Shown piece by piece: positions 40,192 through 53,050 of a stretch of 64,000 bases of DNA; position 1 is the first letter of the stretch; each line of letters starts with the position of its first letter. The translations under genes were made by a program, and so were the position numbers. The stretch is from Camelus ferus (lineage: Eukaryota): positions 61,816,001 to 61,880,000 of the forward strand of contig NC_045697.1 of assembly GCF_009834535.1 (NCBI RefSeq). The letters are read 5' to 3'. The notes under the pieces are model-generated. The model was not told the DNA's origin. It did no database searches and saw only the letters and a program-made list of their open reading frames with translations.

Positions 40192-42031
40192 GTGTTTTAT
40201 ATCAATCATCAGTGTTCTGCCTTCCTTCATAAAATCTGAACATCTTTTGATAAACATTGTCATCCAAAAATATTTAATCCCTAAGCTTCAATAATTCACC
40301 AAATAATAAATAGTTACTTGTAGTTACTTGATCCATTTTACAGTATTATCACAGGCATAATATAATAAAATCCTCCCCTCAAAATTATGTTTCATATAAT
40401 GTCCCAGTAATTAACCTGGAAAACTCCCCTTGAATAACACATTTTAAAGAGCCAAATCACCCTGCCGTATCCAACACTGACCTAGCTTGACCTCTCAATT
40501 GGTCCAATTCCCTTATTCCTCTTGCTTTATACTCACACAACAAAGGAATGTTCTATAAAGCAGTATCTATTGATCTCTAACTCTGCTGCATGAAATCAAG
40601 AGAAAATGGGACAAAAGGGGACAATTTTGGAAATGAAATGGGGAGAAGAATGCATCTGAGCCAGAAATGGACATTTTGTAATAGCTGGTTCCATTTCATC
40701 ATTTTGCCATTTTATCTCTTTTCCTCAATACCAGGCTTCACACATCTCTTACAATTTTTACAAGGCATGCGTGATTACCTTTGTATCCAGAAAGAAATAT
40801 TCTACCTGTAAGGGTGGCCAAGTTGTCTCCAAAGACCCACACAGGTTTGTTTGTTTATTCTGTCAGCAGTAAAAGAGATAATGTAGCACATCAGTGGGGT
40901 ATTGATCTCCTAATACTTTTTTTTTTCCTTAGATTGTGCCTGAAATATTTGCCTTTACCACAGGATATGGAGTTAGAGTATGTGACTTCTGTAATAGTTT
41001 TTTAATTTGATTATTTTATTTGCTGACTGATTGCATAATGTCTAATAGTCTTGACTGAAAAGTGCTTCTCATATTTTATTTTTTGACCTTGCTACACCTA
41101 AATGTCTGTAAAGCTTGCTTGCTTTGAGTTGACATTTTAGATATATATAGATATAGATCTGATTTCACCATTTGACTTGTCCTCTCTCTTAAACTCTGCA
41201 CATTTTATAGGTCTCTCCATGTCACATTATTTCAAATAATTAAAGTTAAGAGCTTTTTAAAGGCATTAATACATTCAAGTCTTAAGTTATTTAGCAATAA
41301 GTTCTGCTTATCTGTTAGAATGGGTGATGCTCAACATGGGAGGAAATCCAAACACTTAGCCCAAACATTTTACATTTGAAAACATTAAAAGATCATTCTG
41401 TCGCTCCAGGCAAGAGAAAAGGTATAATCACCAAAGAGCAACAGTCACTGGCAGTGCACTTGCGTGCTGGGAGGCATTCCCAGTGATGCCATTATGCAGT
41501 GCCCTTTCCAGGTGGAATGCTGTAGATGTGGCTGGACTCTAGGTGCAGAGAGGCCTATTGCAGCGACTGTTATCAGCCAACCTCCTGTCCACAAACCATG
41601 GCCATCCACCCTGGAGCACATGCCCCCTGGGCCTAGACTCTGGCTGGTGACTAAATGACCACAACACAGCCCAGGGCAACTCTTCGGAGGTCATCTGAAC
41701 ACCTTTTAGAGAGGAAGGGACATTCAGGTTACGTAATTCTCTTTGGGTCTCAAAAGCGTGTTCTCACTTAACATTTTTCAGTGACTCATTTCAGCTCCCT
41801 GAATCATCCCTATTCTATTAAAATAAAAATATCCAGACTTTTTATGTCATCTAATCTCTTAAAAACATTGTTCAGAGCCCCAAGTACCCAGCTGATGACA
41901 ATTCAACATTTCAAAGAAAGGGATTTTAAAAACTAGGTTTTTAAAAATTGTTTGTTTGTAGCACTAGCTACCAACACCCTTCAGCAGTTTATACATAAGT
42001 AACACATTTTTTTAACACAGAATGCCTATAC

Positions 42032-42271
42032 CTATGAAAGGAAACCTATTTGTATTGTAAGCGCTCAAGGCCTGGCAGGTTCATGGATTCAATGGCGCCT
42101 GCGGCGGAAAGTCTCGTCGGCCTTATGTATCAAGGCAAACAAAGCCGGCATCCAGCCAACTATGATAGGAGCTAACCAGTGCGCTTGCGTGGTGCAAGTC
42201 ATGCTTATATAACACTACATGGGTACTGTGCATGCGGGATAGCACAGCTGAGTCACTGGGCACCAGATGTC
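42032..42271 (-). other. CpG-retaining unique element: candidate exon and/or promoter-enhancer
   Basis: 11 CpGs in 42061-42290; minus-strand acceptor ctctcttgtag|G at 42271; possible donors at 42177, 42046 and 42032; also TATATAA, TGACTCA and CAGCTG motifs. Confidence 0.55.
42089..42202 (-). CDS. Putative 37-aa single-pass micropeptide MTCTTQAHWLAPIIVGWMPALFALIHKADETFRRRRH (hypothetical)
   Basis: ATG with A at -3, a 17-residue hydrophobic stretch and an Arg-rich tail; no homolog recognised. Confidence 0.2.
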   Translation of the reverse strand: MTCTTQAHWLAPIIVGWMPALFALIHKADETFRRRRH

Positions 42272-43000
42272 CTACAAGAGAGCCCGAGAGACTCCATTTT
42301 CCCTACACTATTGGAGTAGGAAATAATTATTTCAGATTTCATAGTAGGACAGAGTTTTTGCTTCCTTTGAGCAACTGCTTTGTTTCCATTATACAGAACT
42401 GAGAATCATATCAAGTTTCTTTTCTTCAGCTGCTAAAAAGCTAGAGTCAAATTTTCAGCCCACCTCAAGTGAATAATTTAGATTTCAGATCATTGATGAT
42501 ATATACTCTTTTTCCAGGGCTTTAACTTATTTTTCTATCTTTACTTTCCCTTCATTCTGATTTCATTTTTATTCACTCTTTATCCTGTGATCCTGTATAT
42601 GCAGACATTTTAAATTTGAGTTTTTTTAACAAGATAAATTATGCACAATTAAAACATATATAATGCATATACATGATGGAAAAAAACTGCTCAGAGTATA
42701 ATCAAACTCTTTTAATGTCTATGATACAATGGCACTCAAGTACAGCAGACTCAGAAACCAAGACAAAACTATGTATTCATGTCTGTTGGTAATTTTATTA
42801 TGTGAGATAACATTGGAGGATACAACAAACCTCACTGCAGCACTAGAACCAACCTGCAGAGATACAAGTCACTGCCTACTGTTGGCTCTTCTCTGTTCAT
42901 CTGGCCACTACAATCACTAAGAAATTTTAGATGTTCCCAAACAATCAGCATTCCTAATAAAAACTATTGAAAAGGAGAGAGAAATAGGGGGGAAGTTGTG

Positions 43001-43146
43001 GAGGGGTGAGTATAGCTTAGTAGACTGCATGCTTAGCATGCAGAAGATCCTGGGTTCAATCCCCAGTATCTCCACAAAAAAAAAACTTTTTTAATTAAAA
43101 TTTAAAATTAAAAATCTTGAACAAAATGTTTAAAAAAAAAAAAAAA
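43001..43146 (+). mobile_element. Camelid-type tRNA-derived SINE (vic-1/SINE_Vpa-like)
   Basis: ggggtgagtatagcttagt...gcatgcttagcatgc...cctgggttcaatccccagt followed by an A-rich tail. Confidence 0.88.
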
Positions 43147-43841
43147 GAATGGGGAGGGGGTGCTGAGACTAATAAACAGAAGCACCAATTGCCCAAATAC
43201 TGACTCCCTATTGATAAACACCATGATGAATGAATTTTTCACTTCTTTGGTGCTTTCTGCATTAGAGTTCCCCAAGGTGTATGTTTCCTGTGTTTTCTCT
43301 TTTAAAAGGGCTAAAAGAGTATTTTGTTTCCTTAGCTTTAAGCTTTATTTTGCTTTCTTCCTGCTGGCATGATATGAGAATGCTTTTGAATACCCCTTCC
43401 TCCTCCTCCCTCAAGTGACAGTGACTAATTCATCTGGCCCTCAAACCATTATTAAAACAAAGCATCCAGCATCTTCAGTTCAGAAAGCATACTCCAGCCA
43501 CCTTCCTAGGGGGTTAATGCAGCTGGAAGCAGGTCCACTAAATTGAGGTGATTGTCCCTGGCTGGAAAACACCGAAGGACTGAACAGAGCCACTGCCATT
43601 AGTATCACTTCTCTGACAGTAGTAATTTTTACTCTGATTCTGCACGTCAGCTAGTATGCCTGGCAACGGCATGACAATGAAATAATGAGATGGCAACAGC
43701 TTCTCAACCCAACCTGCGGCCCAAGCCCTGTCTCTGGGAATACTGCCAGCTAACTTTACCTGGCAGTTGCCTGCTTGATGCCAAGGAAGAGCAAAAAGTA
43801 TTTGTCTTTTCACTACAAGATGCATTATTTTGTCTTTCCAG

Positions 43842-43950
43842 CACTGGTTGGGAAGGCATTGCTGGAAATTGTGCAGTATCCCATGAGGTTTGCCCCATGA
43901 CTTGAGTGAAACTTCAGATGAGGGGCCTCCTCACGTGCATATTCTTCATG
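43842..43950 (+). other. Candidate non-coding exon on the plus strand
   Basis: Acceptor ttattttgtctttccag, donor ATG|gtaaga; stops in all three frames. Confidence 0.3.
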
Positions 43951-44379
43951 GTAAGAAAATAAATGTTTTCAAGAGTTTCTACTCTAATGTTTTGAATATG
44001 TAGTCTGGGCAAAGCAGGAGAAATGATGGGGAATTGTGTTGGTAAGTCAATAACTTGAAAGCAGTTTACAAATTGGCAAAACATTTCTCCTCCCATATTT
44101 TCACTGACTCTAAAATTGTGACAGCAAAACTTGTTGCAATACTGAAAGCAGTATCTCCTTTTTTCTAATCAAAACTGTGCCCAATAACCCTTCAGTTAAA
44201 GTGTATTTAGAATCACACTTCAGTTTTCTGGAGAAAGAAACTCATCATCCTCCCGAGAAGTAAACAGAGGGAGAATGGAGTCCTGCACATTGTTCTAAGA
44301 GGCAGGTAGGAATTAGTGGCAGAGAAAAGTTAGTACTGGCCCTAAAATACTCAAAAGAATCTCAGCTGCTGACTTTGGA

Positions 44380-44834
44380 TGTAGAATAATATTTACCTAC
44401 CTACAGTATTATACTTCCTTGGTAATTATAGCTTACCTTGCAGCTTGGCTCACTTGGTATATTTTCTGATTGGTCCACTTCCCTAACTTCTGATTGGTCC
44501 ATTTGTAATACTTCATTTGCATGGAGCTCACTCCTGATTGGTTATTTCTCTCACTCCTGATTGGTCTGTTTCTGCAGAGCTTGTTCCTGGTTGGTCAACG
44601 TCTGTTGTACTTTATTTGCATATGATGTTGCAAAGTGTAAAACTGGCAGCCTATCAAAGGCCTGTGTAAACCTACAGACAGGGTCCAGAGCTTGAAGTGT
44701 TGACTCCTCTGGGCCCGCTGGTGTAATAAACCTGAGTTCTCCAACTCTCCGAGTGCTGCTTTGTCTCTCACCCGGATCCAGGTTGCTGTAACACTGAGCT
44801 GTAAAACCGAACTGTAATACATTTTTCCGCAACA
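44380..44834 (+). mobile_element. Younger ERV LTR (CCAAT-repeat type) abutting an MLT1 LTR
   Basis: Four CTGATTGG repeats, two ATTTGCAT, AATAAA at ~44725, ends ...gcaaCA; 5' boundary uncertain. Confidence 0.75.
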
Positions 44835-45180
44835 CCACCAGCCATTATTCCTCATTCCCTCTTCTTCGTGAATCAAATGAGTTTCCTTGTATAAAGTTAT
44901 GGCAACCATCTTGCAATCATGAAGCAACAAGCACAAAGATGAAAGCCAGTACACTAGTGATATTACAGTGGAAAGACAGAAAAAGAAGACTTGGGTACCT
45001 TGTGACATCACTGAGCAGCTGAACCAAAGCCAGAAACTATAATTCTGGAGTTTTTGTTATGGTAAAAAAAACAAACAAACAAAAAAAAAACACACACATA
45101 CACATACACTCATTTGTTTAAGCCACCTTCAGTTGGGTATGCTGATACGTGCAGCCAAATACATTCCTAGTTAATCCCAT
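44835..45180 (+). mobile_element. MLT1-type LTR (3' part)
   Basis: ggcaaccatcttgcaatcatgaag...gacatcactgagcagctgaaccaa...tttgtttaagccac...gcagccaaatacattcct. Confidence 0.8.
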
Positions 45181-47259
45181 ACGCACAGCCAAAGGTTTCC
45201 ACATTTGCAAAGACCAATCTCACTTGTAGATGAATTACTGTAAGTCAATGCTTATGAAATTCTGGAGTCTTGAACTTGAGAAATAAGTAAGTTCTGTTAT
45301 GCCCAATTCTCATCAGATCAAAGACCTTGAATTAGGAGGGCATAGCAAAATGTGAATGGCTAGCTCCGTCTATTATTCCCATCCTTCCTTCAGCTGAAGC
45401 ATCACTGGTTCTGGAGATCTGAGATAGAAAGCAAAAAAAAAAATTCTTAGGGAATAGCCCTCTTTGACTGATACATTCTCTACATCCAGATGTCTATGAG
45501 GCCAGAATATCTTTCTTGAGCTAGAGATTCTGATAAAGATGTACCTAAAGTTCAACCAAACACCCCCAATATTTACCCATTCTTGGAAGGACTAGAGATT
45601 GTGAGCTATCACGTTATACACTGGAAATAAGCTCCTTGCTTTGGAGCTAAGTAAAACACCTAGAATTTTCTATTTGGTGGAGGGGAAATGTGTATATTAG
45701 AAAGGGAAAATCTGGCACTTAGCAGCAAGATTCATTGGTGACATTTTCATTTGGTTGTTACAGCAAGAAAATCCACAGCCAGTGACTGTCAAATCCCAAC
45801 GCAGAGGAGTTAACAGGGCTCCAGTAGTTGACAGAGAATGCATTTTTACCCTCATGAAAGAGAACAAAACAGGGTACGGGGTACAGAAAGTTCAGTACTG
45901 ACCAAATCTAATTCCTCTTGACACTCATGGTTATAAAATCCGGGGCAAATGTACATATTAGCCACTAAAAAAACACAGACTTAAAAGAATGGGGAAAAGT
46001 CAAAAAGTGCTGAAAGGAGTCCTAGAACTATACATTCACCCCTCTTTTCACTCCACTTCAACTTCTGCCTTCCACCTTTGCCAAGTCTTTTCAAATGAGT
46101 GCTATAAGCAATGTAATTTATGTAAATAGAATCCATTATGCAAATGTTTCCAACTTGCTTGCTACTTAGAAATTGTGTTCTTTTATGTTTAAGAAACATA
46201 GCCTTTATCCCCTAGAATAGACAGATTGGTTATGTTTATGTGCTTAAAGCCTTCTGCTACTGTTCCTGGGCTTTGAGGAAAAGTCATTTTTTATTTTAAA
46301 AAATGTTTTGCCTTGCCTCCCATCCCCTTCTATACAAATAGCTTCTTTGTTTAATTTGGTGGTTTGCATACTAGCTTAATGATTGCGGTGGTTTAACAGA
46401 ACCTTAGTGAGAAGGGTAGGATACAGAGACGAATGTGCAGATTATACCCTCTACACCACAGGGGATCTGTTGTTTCCTTGGGTTAGTATGAAACTGAGTA
46501 ATTCAATTAATTCAAGAGATCTCTGCAAGCTTTATTCCCCGATCTGTTTTAGTCATATTTCCAAATATGAACTTGATAAAATTCTTCTTTGGAGTCATAA
46601 ATAGAGAAAAGTACATGCTCTCTGTGTTCATATTCTCTGCACGTTTTAAAATTGCAAGCCAAATTATAATAAAATGTAAGAAAGCATGCTCCACTCTACA
46701 CATGAAAATATTTAAAATGCTTTTTCTTCTAACATAAACTGTATTTCATAATTTTATTTATATGAATGCACATACATGCATAAAGTATGATAAAAAGAAA
46801 AGAAAAAGGCATAGTGTCCCAAAATAAAAGAATGTAAGAGAATACGGTTGGCTTTAACAAATGAACTTTGCAACAAATGAATTATGAACTTAAAACTTTC
46901 CTGCCACCCTGAAGAAACACATTTTTCAAATTGACGAGTCACTGCAACCAAACTGCAAGCTTCAAGTCATTTAAAAATACTGCTGTTTTAATCAAAGAGA
47001 ACACAACATACTACAACCTCCAATTTGACTGATGTTTATTTTGCTACTTGCTGACCAACCCAATCCAACCAGCCATGATTTAATCCCATTTACTCTTGGA
47101 CTATTCAAAATAAATCCCCTTGTTTCATTTAGACTAATCATTTCATCAGAACATCTTGCTTTCAGACACTGCTGTGTTTTGCTTGCTATTTATAAATATC
47201 TGATGACTTAATACTTTGTGGCTGTGAAAGTGAAGCTGATATGTTTCTGGTAGTTTTCT

Positions 47260-48085
47260 TCAAGTTCAACAAATATTTATTGAATACTGACTAAGTGACA
47301 GTCTTTGTTCTAGGCTCTGGGACTGCAACAATAACCAAGAAAGCCAACGTCCCTGCTCTCATGAAGCATATGGTCTGGTGAGAGAAGACAAACAATAAAT
47401 TCATAAATAAGTAGGTGATCAAGATGATTCCAGACATGGATAATGCTCTGAAAAATAAAGTGTACAATGAGATAGATTGAGCAGGGGATGGGAGGAGGTT
47501 AGGGTCAAAGAAAACCTCTCTGATAAGGGGACAATGAACTGAAAGGTAAGTCCTAAGGAGAGGTAGTCACATGAAGATCTGAGGGAAGATTAATTCAGGC
47601 AGGGCAGACAGTGGGAACAAAGGCCTTGAGCTAGGAATAAACTTTCCCTGTTTAGATACAAGGAAGAAAAGCCACTGTGGCCAAAATCCAGGGGGTGCGG
47701 GGAGGGGACAGGAGAAGGTGCAATCAGCAAGGAAATCTGGAACAAATCACTTAGGGCCTCTGGGGTCTAGAAAGGACCTAAGATTTCATCTTGATGTAAC
47801 TGGGAAGCCATTTGGGGTTCTAAGCAACGAGTGATATGATCTCAGTTATACTTTGAGCCCATTTCTCTGGATGCTGAATGAAGAAACAGAATGGAGGGTG
47901 TGGAGGGTAGAAGCAAGGGGAATAATTAGGAAGACTTCTGTATTGTTCCAGGTGAGAAATTATGTTGTCTTCAACTAAACATCTGAACTATGGATTTGGT
48001 AAGGAGTAGTGAAATGCAGGATATATTTTGGAAGCAGAGCTTACAGATTTGATGATTGGTAATAAGATGTAGGTTATAAGGAAAA
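47260..48085 (-). mobile_element. L2 LINE (3' ~800 bp)
   Basis: ttcaacaaatatttattgaatactgacta...gttctaggctctggg...tccctgctctcatgaagc...ccaggtgagaaat. Confidence 0.9.
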
Positions 48086-50729
48086 CGTCTTCTATTGAGA
48101 CATTTCTTTTCTCCTTAGTGGCATTTCCTCTCATGCAACCATATTGGTCTTTACAAATAAACTAGGTCAACATAAAACTTTATACCTTAATGTCAGTTTC
48201 TGTTTTTGAATAAAAATTTTACCAACTTATAAGACCATTAGTGGGGGAACAACTTAATACACTTATTTTGATATGAAAAGTCTTTAAAACATATAGATTA
48301 TAAATGGAGGAGCCTTAATAAGAGCAGTGATTTGTGGTGAATAGTTTTAGAAACACTAAAAAAACACATGTGAAATTTCTGAAGTTAGACACCCCCGTCT
48401 GACTTGTTTTCAAGCTTATGCAAGCACAACAGAAAGGGGGTGGTCAAAATTCAACACTTAACCGGCAATTTATCTTAGAGTTAGTGAGTTAATCAAATGT
48501 TTTCCTGTGGACATAGTTTTTCAAAAGAGGGAGAAGGGAAAGAGAAGATGAACCAAAAGCTCCTGAGGGTAAGATAAGAAATGCCTACCATGGTAGAAAG
48601 TGTAAAACATTAGAGCAGAAAAAGAAATTCTAAAAATGAGATTCATCTGTAATGCCATCCCACTCCAGGCCTAAGTACAGCAGGGACAAAGGGAGGAGGC
48701 AAGCTCAATGGTAAGGCCAACATTTAGGAATAGATGGGATTTTCATACACTGTTGTTTTTTGTTTTGGTTTGGTTTGGTTTTTTCACTTACCCAGGAGCC
48801 AGGCATGGGGTTTAGACAGGAGCAGCCCTACCCAGGGTCAAGTCCAGGTTCCCAGGAGAGGTGCCAAGGGTCTGACTTTGGCTACAGGTGCTGCTGTGAA
48901 TGTTCAAAGTCAGCAGCAGCAGCAGCAGCTCAGGATCAGAACACAGGGTGGGTCTCCAGCTCTTCAGTGTCCAAAGTGTGCCTTCCACTTCCCCCGGCAC
49001 CAATGATGGCAGTGAAGAAAAATGGTCTCAAGCACTCTCATCACGCCCAGACATTCTGGTGGCCTACCGTGTACCCAAGCTTAAAAGAGATGTGGAGAGA
49101 ATAAGCCTCTGAAACGTTATTTCTTTTTAATGTCTTGCTGGTAGCATCCTGTCTCTTGCCTAACTCTCCTGATTTTACACTTAAAAGCAATTGTCTCCAC
49201 ATTCCTCTTCAGTGAGCACTCTAGTTTCCAATTTATACGACATTTCTATTTGTGTTATCAGGTCGTTATGCAGCTTTTTGTTCAGCTAATTTGGTTTCTT
49301 CTCACACCCTTCCTATTTTTCTGACATAAAAAGGTTATATCCTCCTTTCTTAGGCTAATTTTCAACTATAATATTGTTCTTCCTTTGTGTTGAATTATTA
49401 AAAACTTTCATGCCAGTTGAAAAATATTAACACAGAAAAACAAATTCAGCAAACAAATCTAAGGCAGTTTCTACAACACAAAACAGAGACACGGGTAAAG
49501 GCTCTGGGGGTCAATTCAATCTGCAAGTATTATTTTTAAAGCAAACAACTGTTGATTGTTTTATTTCTGAATCTTTCTTTCTGAATTTTAAATACAAAAG
49601 TCTAACCACATTATAGGAAAAATGGGAAAAAAGAAAAGAGAGAATCATCTTTAATCTCATGACCTAAACCATTACTGTTTCTGAGTATTATGCTTATTTT
49701 ACTTCGTTATGGTTTGGCTCTTGTTCTTGTTATTTTGAAAACAATATGGTTAGGAGTGAATTCAGCCATTTGGGTTTTACTGAGAAGGGTTCAAGTGTAA
49801 AGTCTCAGAAAATATTTCCTGTAGTGGTAGTAAATTATTTAACTATTATTAGATGCCAGAATGTGGTAGAGATGACACAAAGAACATTAAGGTAGATGGA
49901 ATCATATTTATTCAGTCAGCATTCAGCTTAAATTAAACTAACAAATCAGAAAGTAAAAATTATGGGGAAAGGAAGCCCAATATATACTGGATAGGAGGAA
50001 AGTGTATGTCATAGTCAGTCATTTCCAGAGGATCCAAAGCAGTACAAAAAGACTTTTCTAGGGTAGAAATGGTTTGAAAATAAACACCAAAGCAGACAGG
50101 AGAAAAATAACTTGACAAGTTCACCCACGAGATGTGCACAAAGACATATTATTCATGCATAATGTAAATACTTCATTTTTTCAATACTTGTACAGTTGTC
50201 TGCATGTCTATTTTTTTTACAACTGTCTGTGTCACATGTCATCTATCTTAGATGGTTAGCTCTTAAAGCAGTGATCCCCAACCTATGAGAATTGAAAATC
50301 CCTATTGTTTGCTATATGACAAGTGCCCTACCCAACCTCTCCTTGACCAAAAAAAAAAGGGGGGAGGAGGATTAGAGAGCTTGAAATTACGAGAACTTTG
50401 ATTTTATGTAAATTAAAACTCTTCTGATTTAGAAAAGTTTTACAATTTCAGCTGAGATAACCAAGGATTTCTCCTACATTATGCCCATTATGTGTTATAA
50501 AACCACAGTTGCCACTGTCTCAGGGGAAAGGTATGTCTAACAAAATCTTTCTTTCTAAATTTTACACATAAAATGAATAGAACTGTTTTATAGTAGTCGT
50601 GGGGAAAAAAAGATTAAAAAATTCCCATAATCTCATGATCTAAAATAATTAGAACTGGTTTTGAATATTTTGCTTTTACTTCTTCATGGTTTAGCTTTTG
50701 TTCTTACATTATTTTTAACATTATATAGG

Positions 50730-50899
50730 AAATATATTATTATAAGCTCATTGTTTAAAAAAATTAACAATACAAAAATGTCTAAAGAGTAATAAATGAA
50801 AGTCTTCATTATTACCCTACCTCATTTCCATTGCCCCCCTTCCCTGAGGTCAGAACCATTAACATCTCAGTATATGATATTATCCAATTTATTCTTCTG

Positions 50900-50951
<52 letters not shown>

Positions 50952-52150
50952 GTATCCCCATGTGTTTAAACTCTACAAAAATAGTTTGTTTTGTTTTAAT
51001 AAAATCAGGTTATACTGTATACATTATTTGGCAACTGCATTTTTTTTTAACTTAATAATGTATTTTGAAACTTTTTCCACGCTGGCATATCATTCTTTTA
51101 ATTGGCTACATAATATTTCATCACAGTAAAATCAAAAATTAATTTAAACACACCCTACTGCTAGATATCTAGGCTGTTGTTACTTTTTGCTTTAAAACCA
51201 GTGTTATTACAAACAACATATATATTGTAGATACATCTTTGTGCACATTCTGCATAGAACAGATACCTAGAAGTAAAAGTAACAGGCCAGTGAATTTTTT
51301 AAATTACAATAAATACTACCACATAACCTTATAAACCTAACTTTTTTTAGTATTATGTTTCCTAAAAATTATGTTTCCTGCCCTTTTCACAGTTGCATAA
51401 GATTGCGCACACAGATAAAGAACACTTTAACCTTTTTCTGCTGTTAAATTTTATGAGGATTCTAGTTTTCCACCAATATGAAAAAAATGCTGTGTTGAAA
51501 TTCTTTGGGAATATGGGTTTTCAATGTTTATATGATGGTTTCTTAGCATGGTTTATCACTCATGCATACTTTTGAATTTCTTTCCAATTTTACTGTACTA
51601 TTATCAGTTGCATTTTAATTTGTACTACTTAAACTTAAATGACCCTAAGGAGGTTGAATGTTTTTTCTACATGTATGTTTTCTAGAACTCTTCTTTTATA
51701 TGTTATATCTATGGGGTCTTTGCCCATTTATTAAGAATATGAATGCTTTAATAATCAAACTATTAACTTCATACTTTATTATATTCTCTGCTTTAAAATA
51801 GTTTCTCTAGGTTGCTCTGTTTGATTTTATTTAGACTACATACTTTTTCATTGCTACAATGCAATAATAAAACAATAGTAATTAACATTTTGGAATATTT
51901 ACTCTATGCCAGCCATACTAGAAATTTGCTGATAAGGGAAATAAGAATTTTATCAGATTAAATCTATAGGTCTTTTTCTTATAGTTTCTTTTCTCATTTC
52001 AAATCAGAGAAAGTCAATCTTTTTCAGAGTTTTAACAAATATTCCATTCTAATTCCCTTTACCCATAAATATTTGTCTTTCTAAACTCTCTGGATTTATC
52101 TTGATCTGTAGCATGAGGCATCACATGGATTTTTTTTTTCCCCAAAATTG
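50730..52150 (-). mobile_element. Old L1M 3' region, antisense, containing (TG)n(TA)n at ~50905-50951
   Basis: T-rich; cattcttttaattggctacataatattt, gatacctagaagt, ggtctttgccca. Confidence 0.65.
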
Positions 52151-52469
52151 TTAGCTTCTTTTCAAATCACCGATCACAACAGTGTACTAACAGAATCAGA
52201 ATAAATACAAGAAGGTAATGATAATAATAAGAAAGGAAGAAGAATATACAGCTGTGTTTGAAATAGGTCCAAAAAGGGAACAGAGTATGACAAAATAAAC
52301 AGAACAGACTGCAGAAATTTATCTACATACCTGGTATAAATTCTGTTACTGATTATCATACTTCTATTACTTAGCATTGATATTGCTCTATTAACATTTA
52401 TGATTTTTGAAGTAGTGAGTATGGTAAGAAAATCAATATACTTTTAAAAATCACAAGAGGGCTCTCCTG

Positions 52470-53050
52470 GTAAACTAGTTTTCCCAAAACAATTGTAAGC
52501 TCCTTGGGAACTTGATCTGTGTTTTATTTCTTTTAAATTCCCTACATGGCCCAGGACTCAATACAGGGCTAGCTGTTAAGCATTAAGTAAATATTGATTA
52601 ATAAGTGTAATGCAGATTTCACTATTTCCTTCCATAAAAATGTCTGGCACCTATGATGAGGCAGACACTGCTGTAGATGCTGGGTAGTCAGTAGCCACAA
52701 CACAAGAGCAGTCTCTGCTCTCATGGAATCTGCATTCTTGTAGGGTAGATTGTATTACTCAAATAAATTGTAATTACTAATTATAATTAGTCTGAAGGGA
52801 AAAATACAAGGTGGGGTGGAAGAGCTGTCAAAGAAAGCTTCCCTGAAGAAATGACATTTGAAATGCGATCCAAAGCACGAGTAAGAGTTGACTAGTGAAG
52901 GGGGAGATGGGGTGACCAGGCAGAGGGAAGAGTTTATACAAAAGCCTTGATTCACTTAGAAGCACATCTTTCAAATGATCATCACAGTGAATCCAAAAGG
53001 AAGTCGGGAAAAAGCAATGGAGAAAGTGTGGAAGAGGCATGGAGTAAGAA
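52470..53050. mobile_element. Two L2 fragments, tail to tail (+ at ~52470-52600, - at ~52610-53050)
   Basis: gtaagctccttgg...taagtaaatattgatt; ggcacctatgatgaggcagacactg...gtctctgctctcatggaatctgcattct. Confidence 0.7.

Noticed and set aside
44461..44600. CRISPR-like repeat-spacer array
   Set aside because: The repeats are short CCAAT-box units within a retroviral LTR in a mammalian genome; no cas genes.
45290..45330. Hammerhead ribozyme core (CTGATGAG on the minus strand)
   Set aside because: No stem II followed by GAAA and no closing stems. Other CTGATGA hits I noticed also lacked them, and I saw no CPEB3/HDV-like match.
48734..49112. Overlapping ORFs with polyQ/polyA/polyS
   Set aside because: Explained by a (CAG)6 repeat at 48911-48928 in a GC-richer patch; no convincing splice sites or homology.
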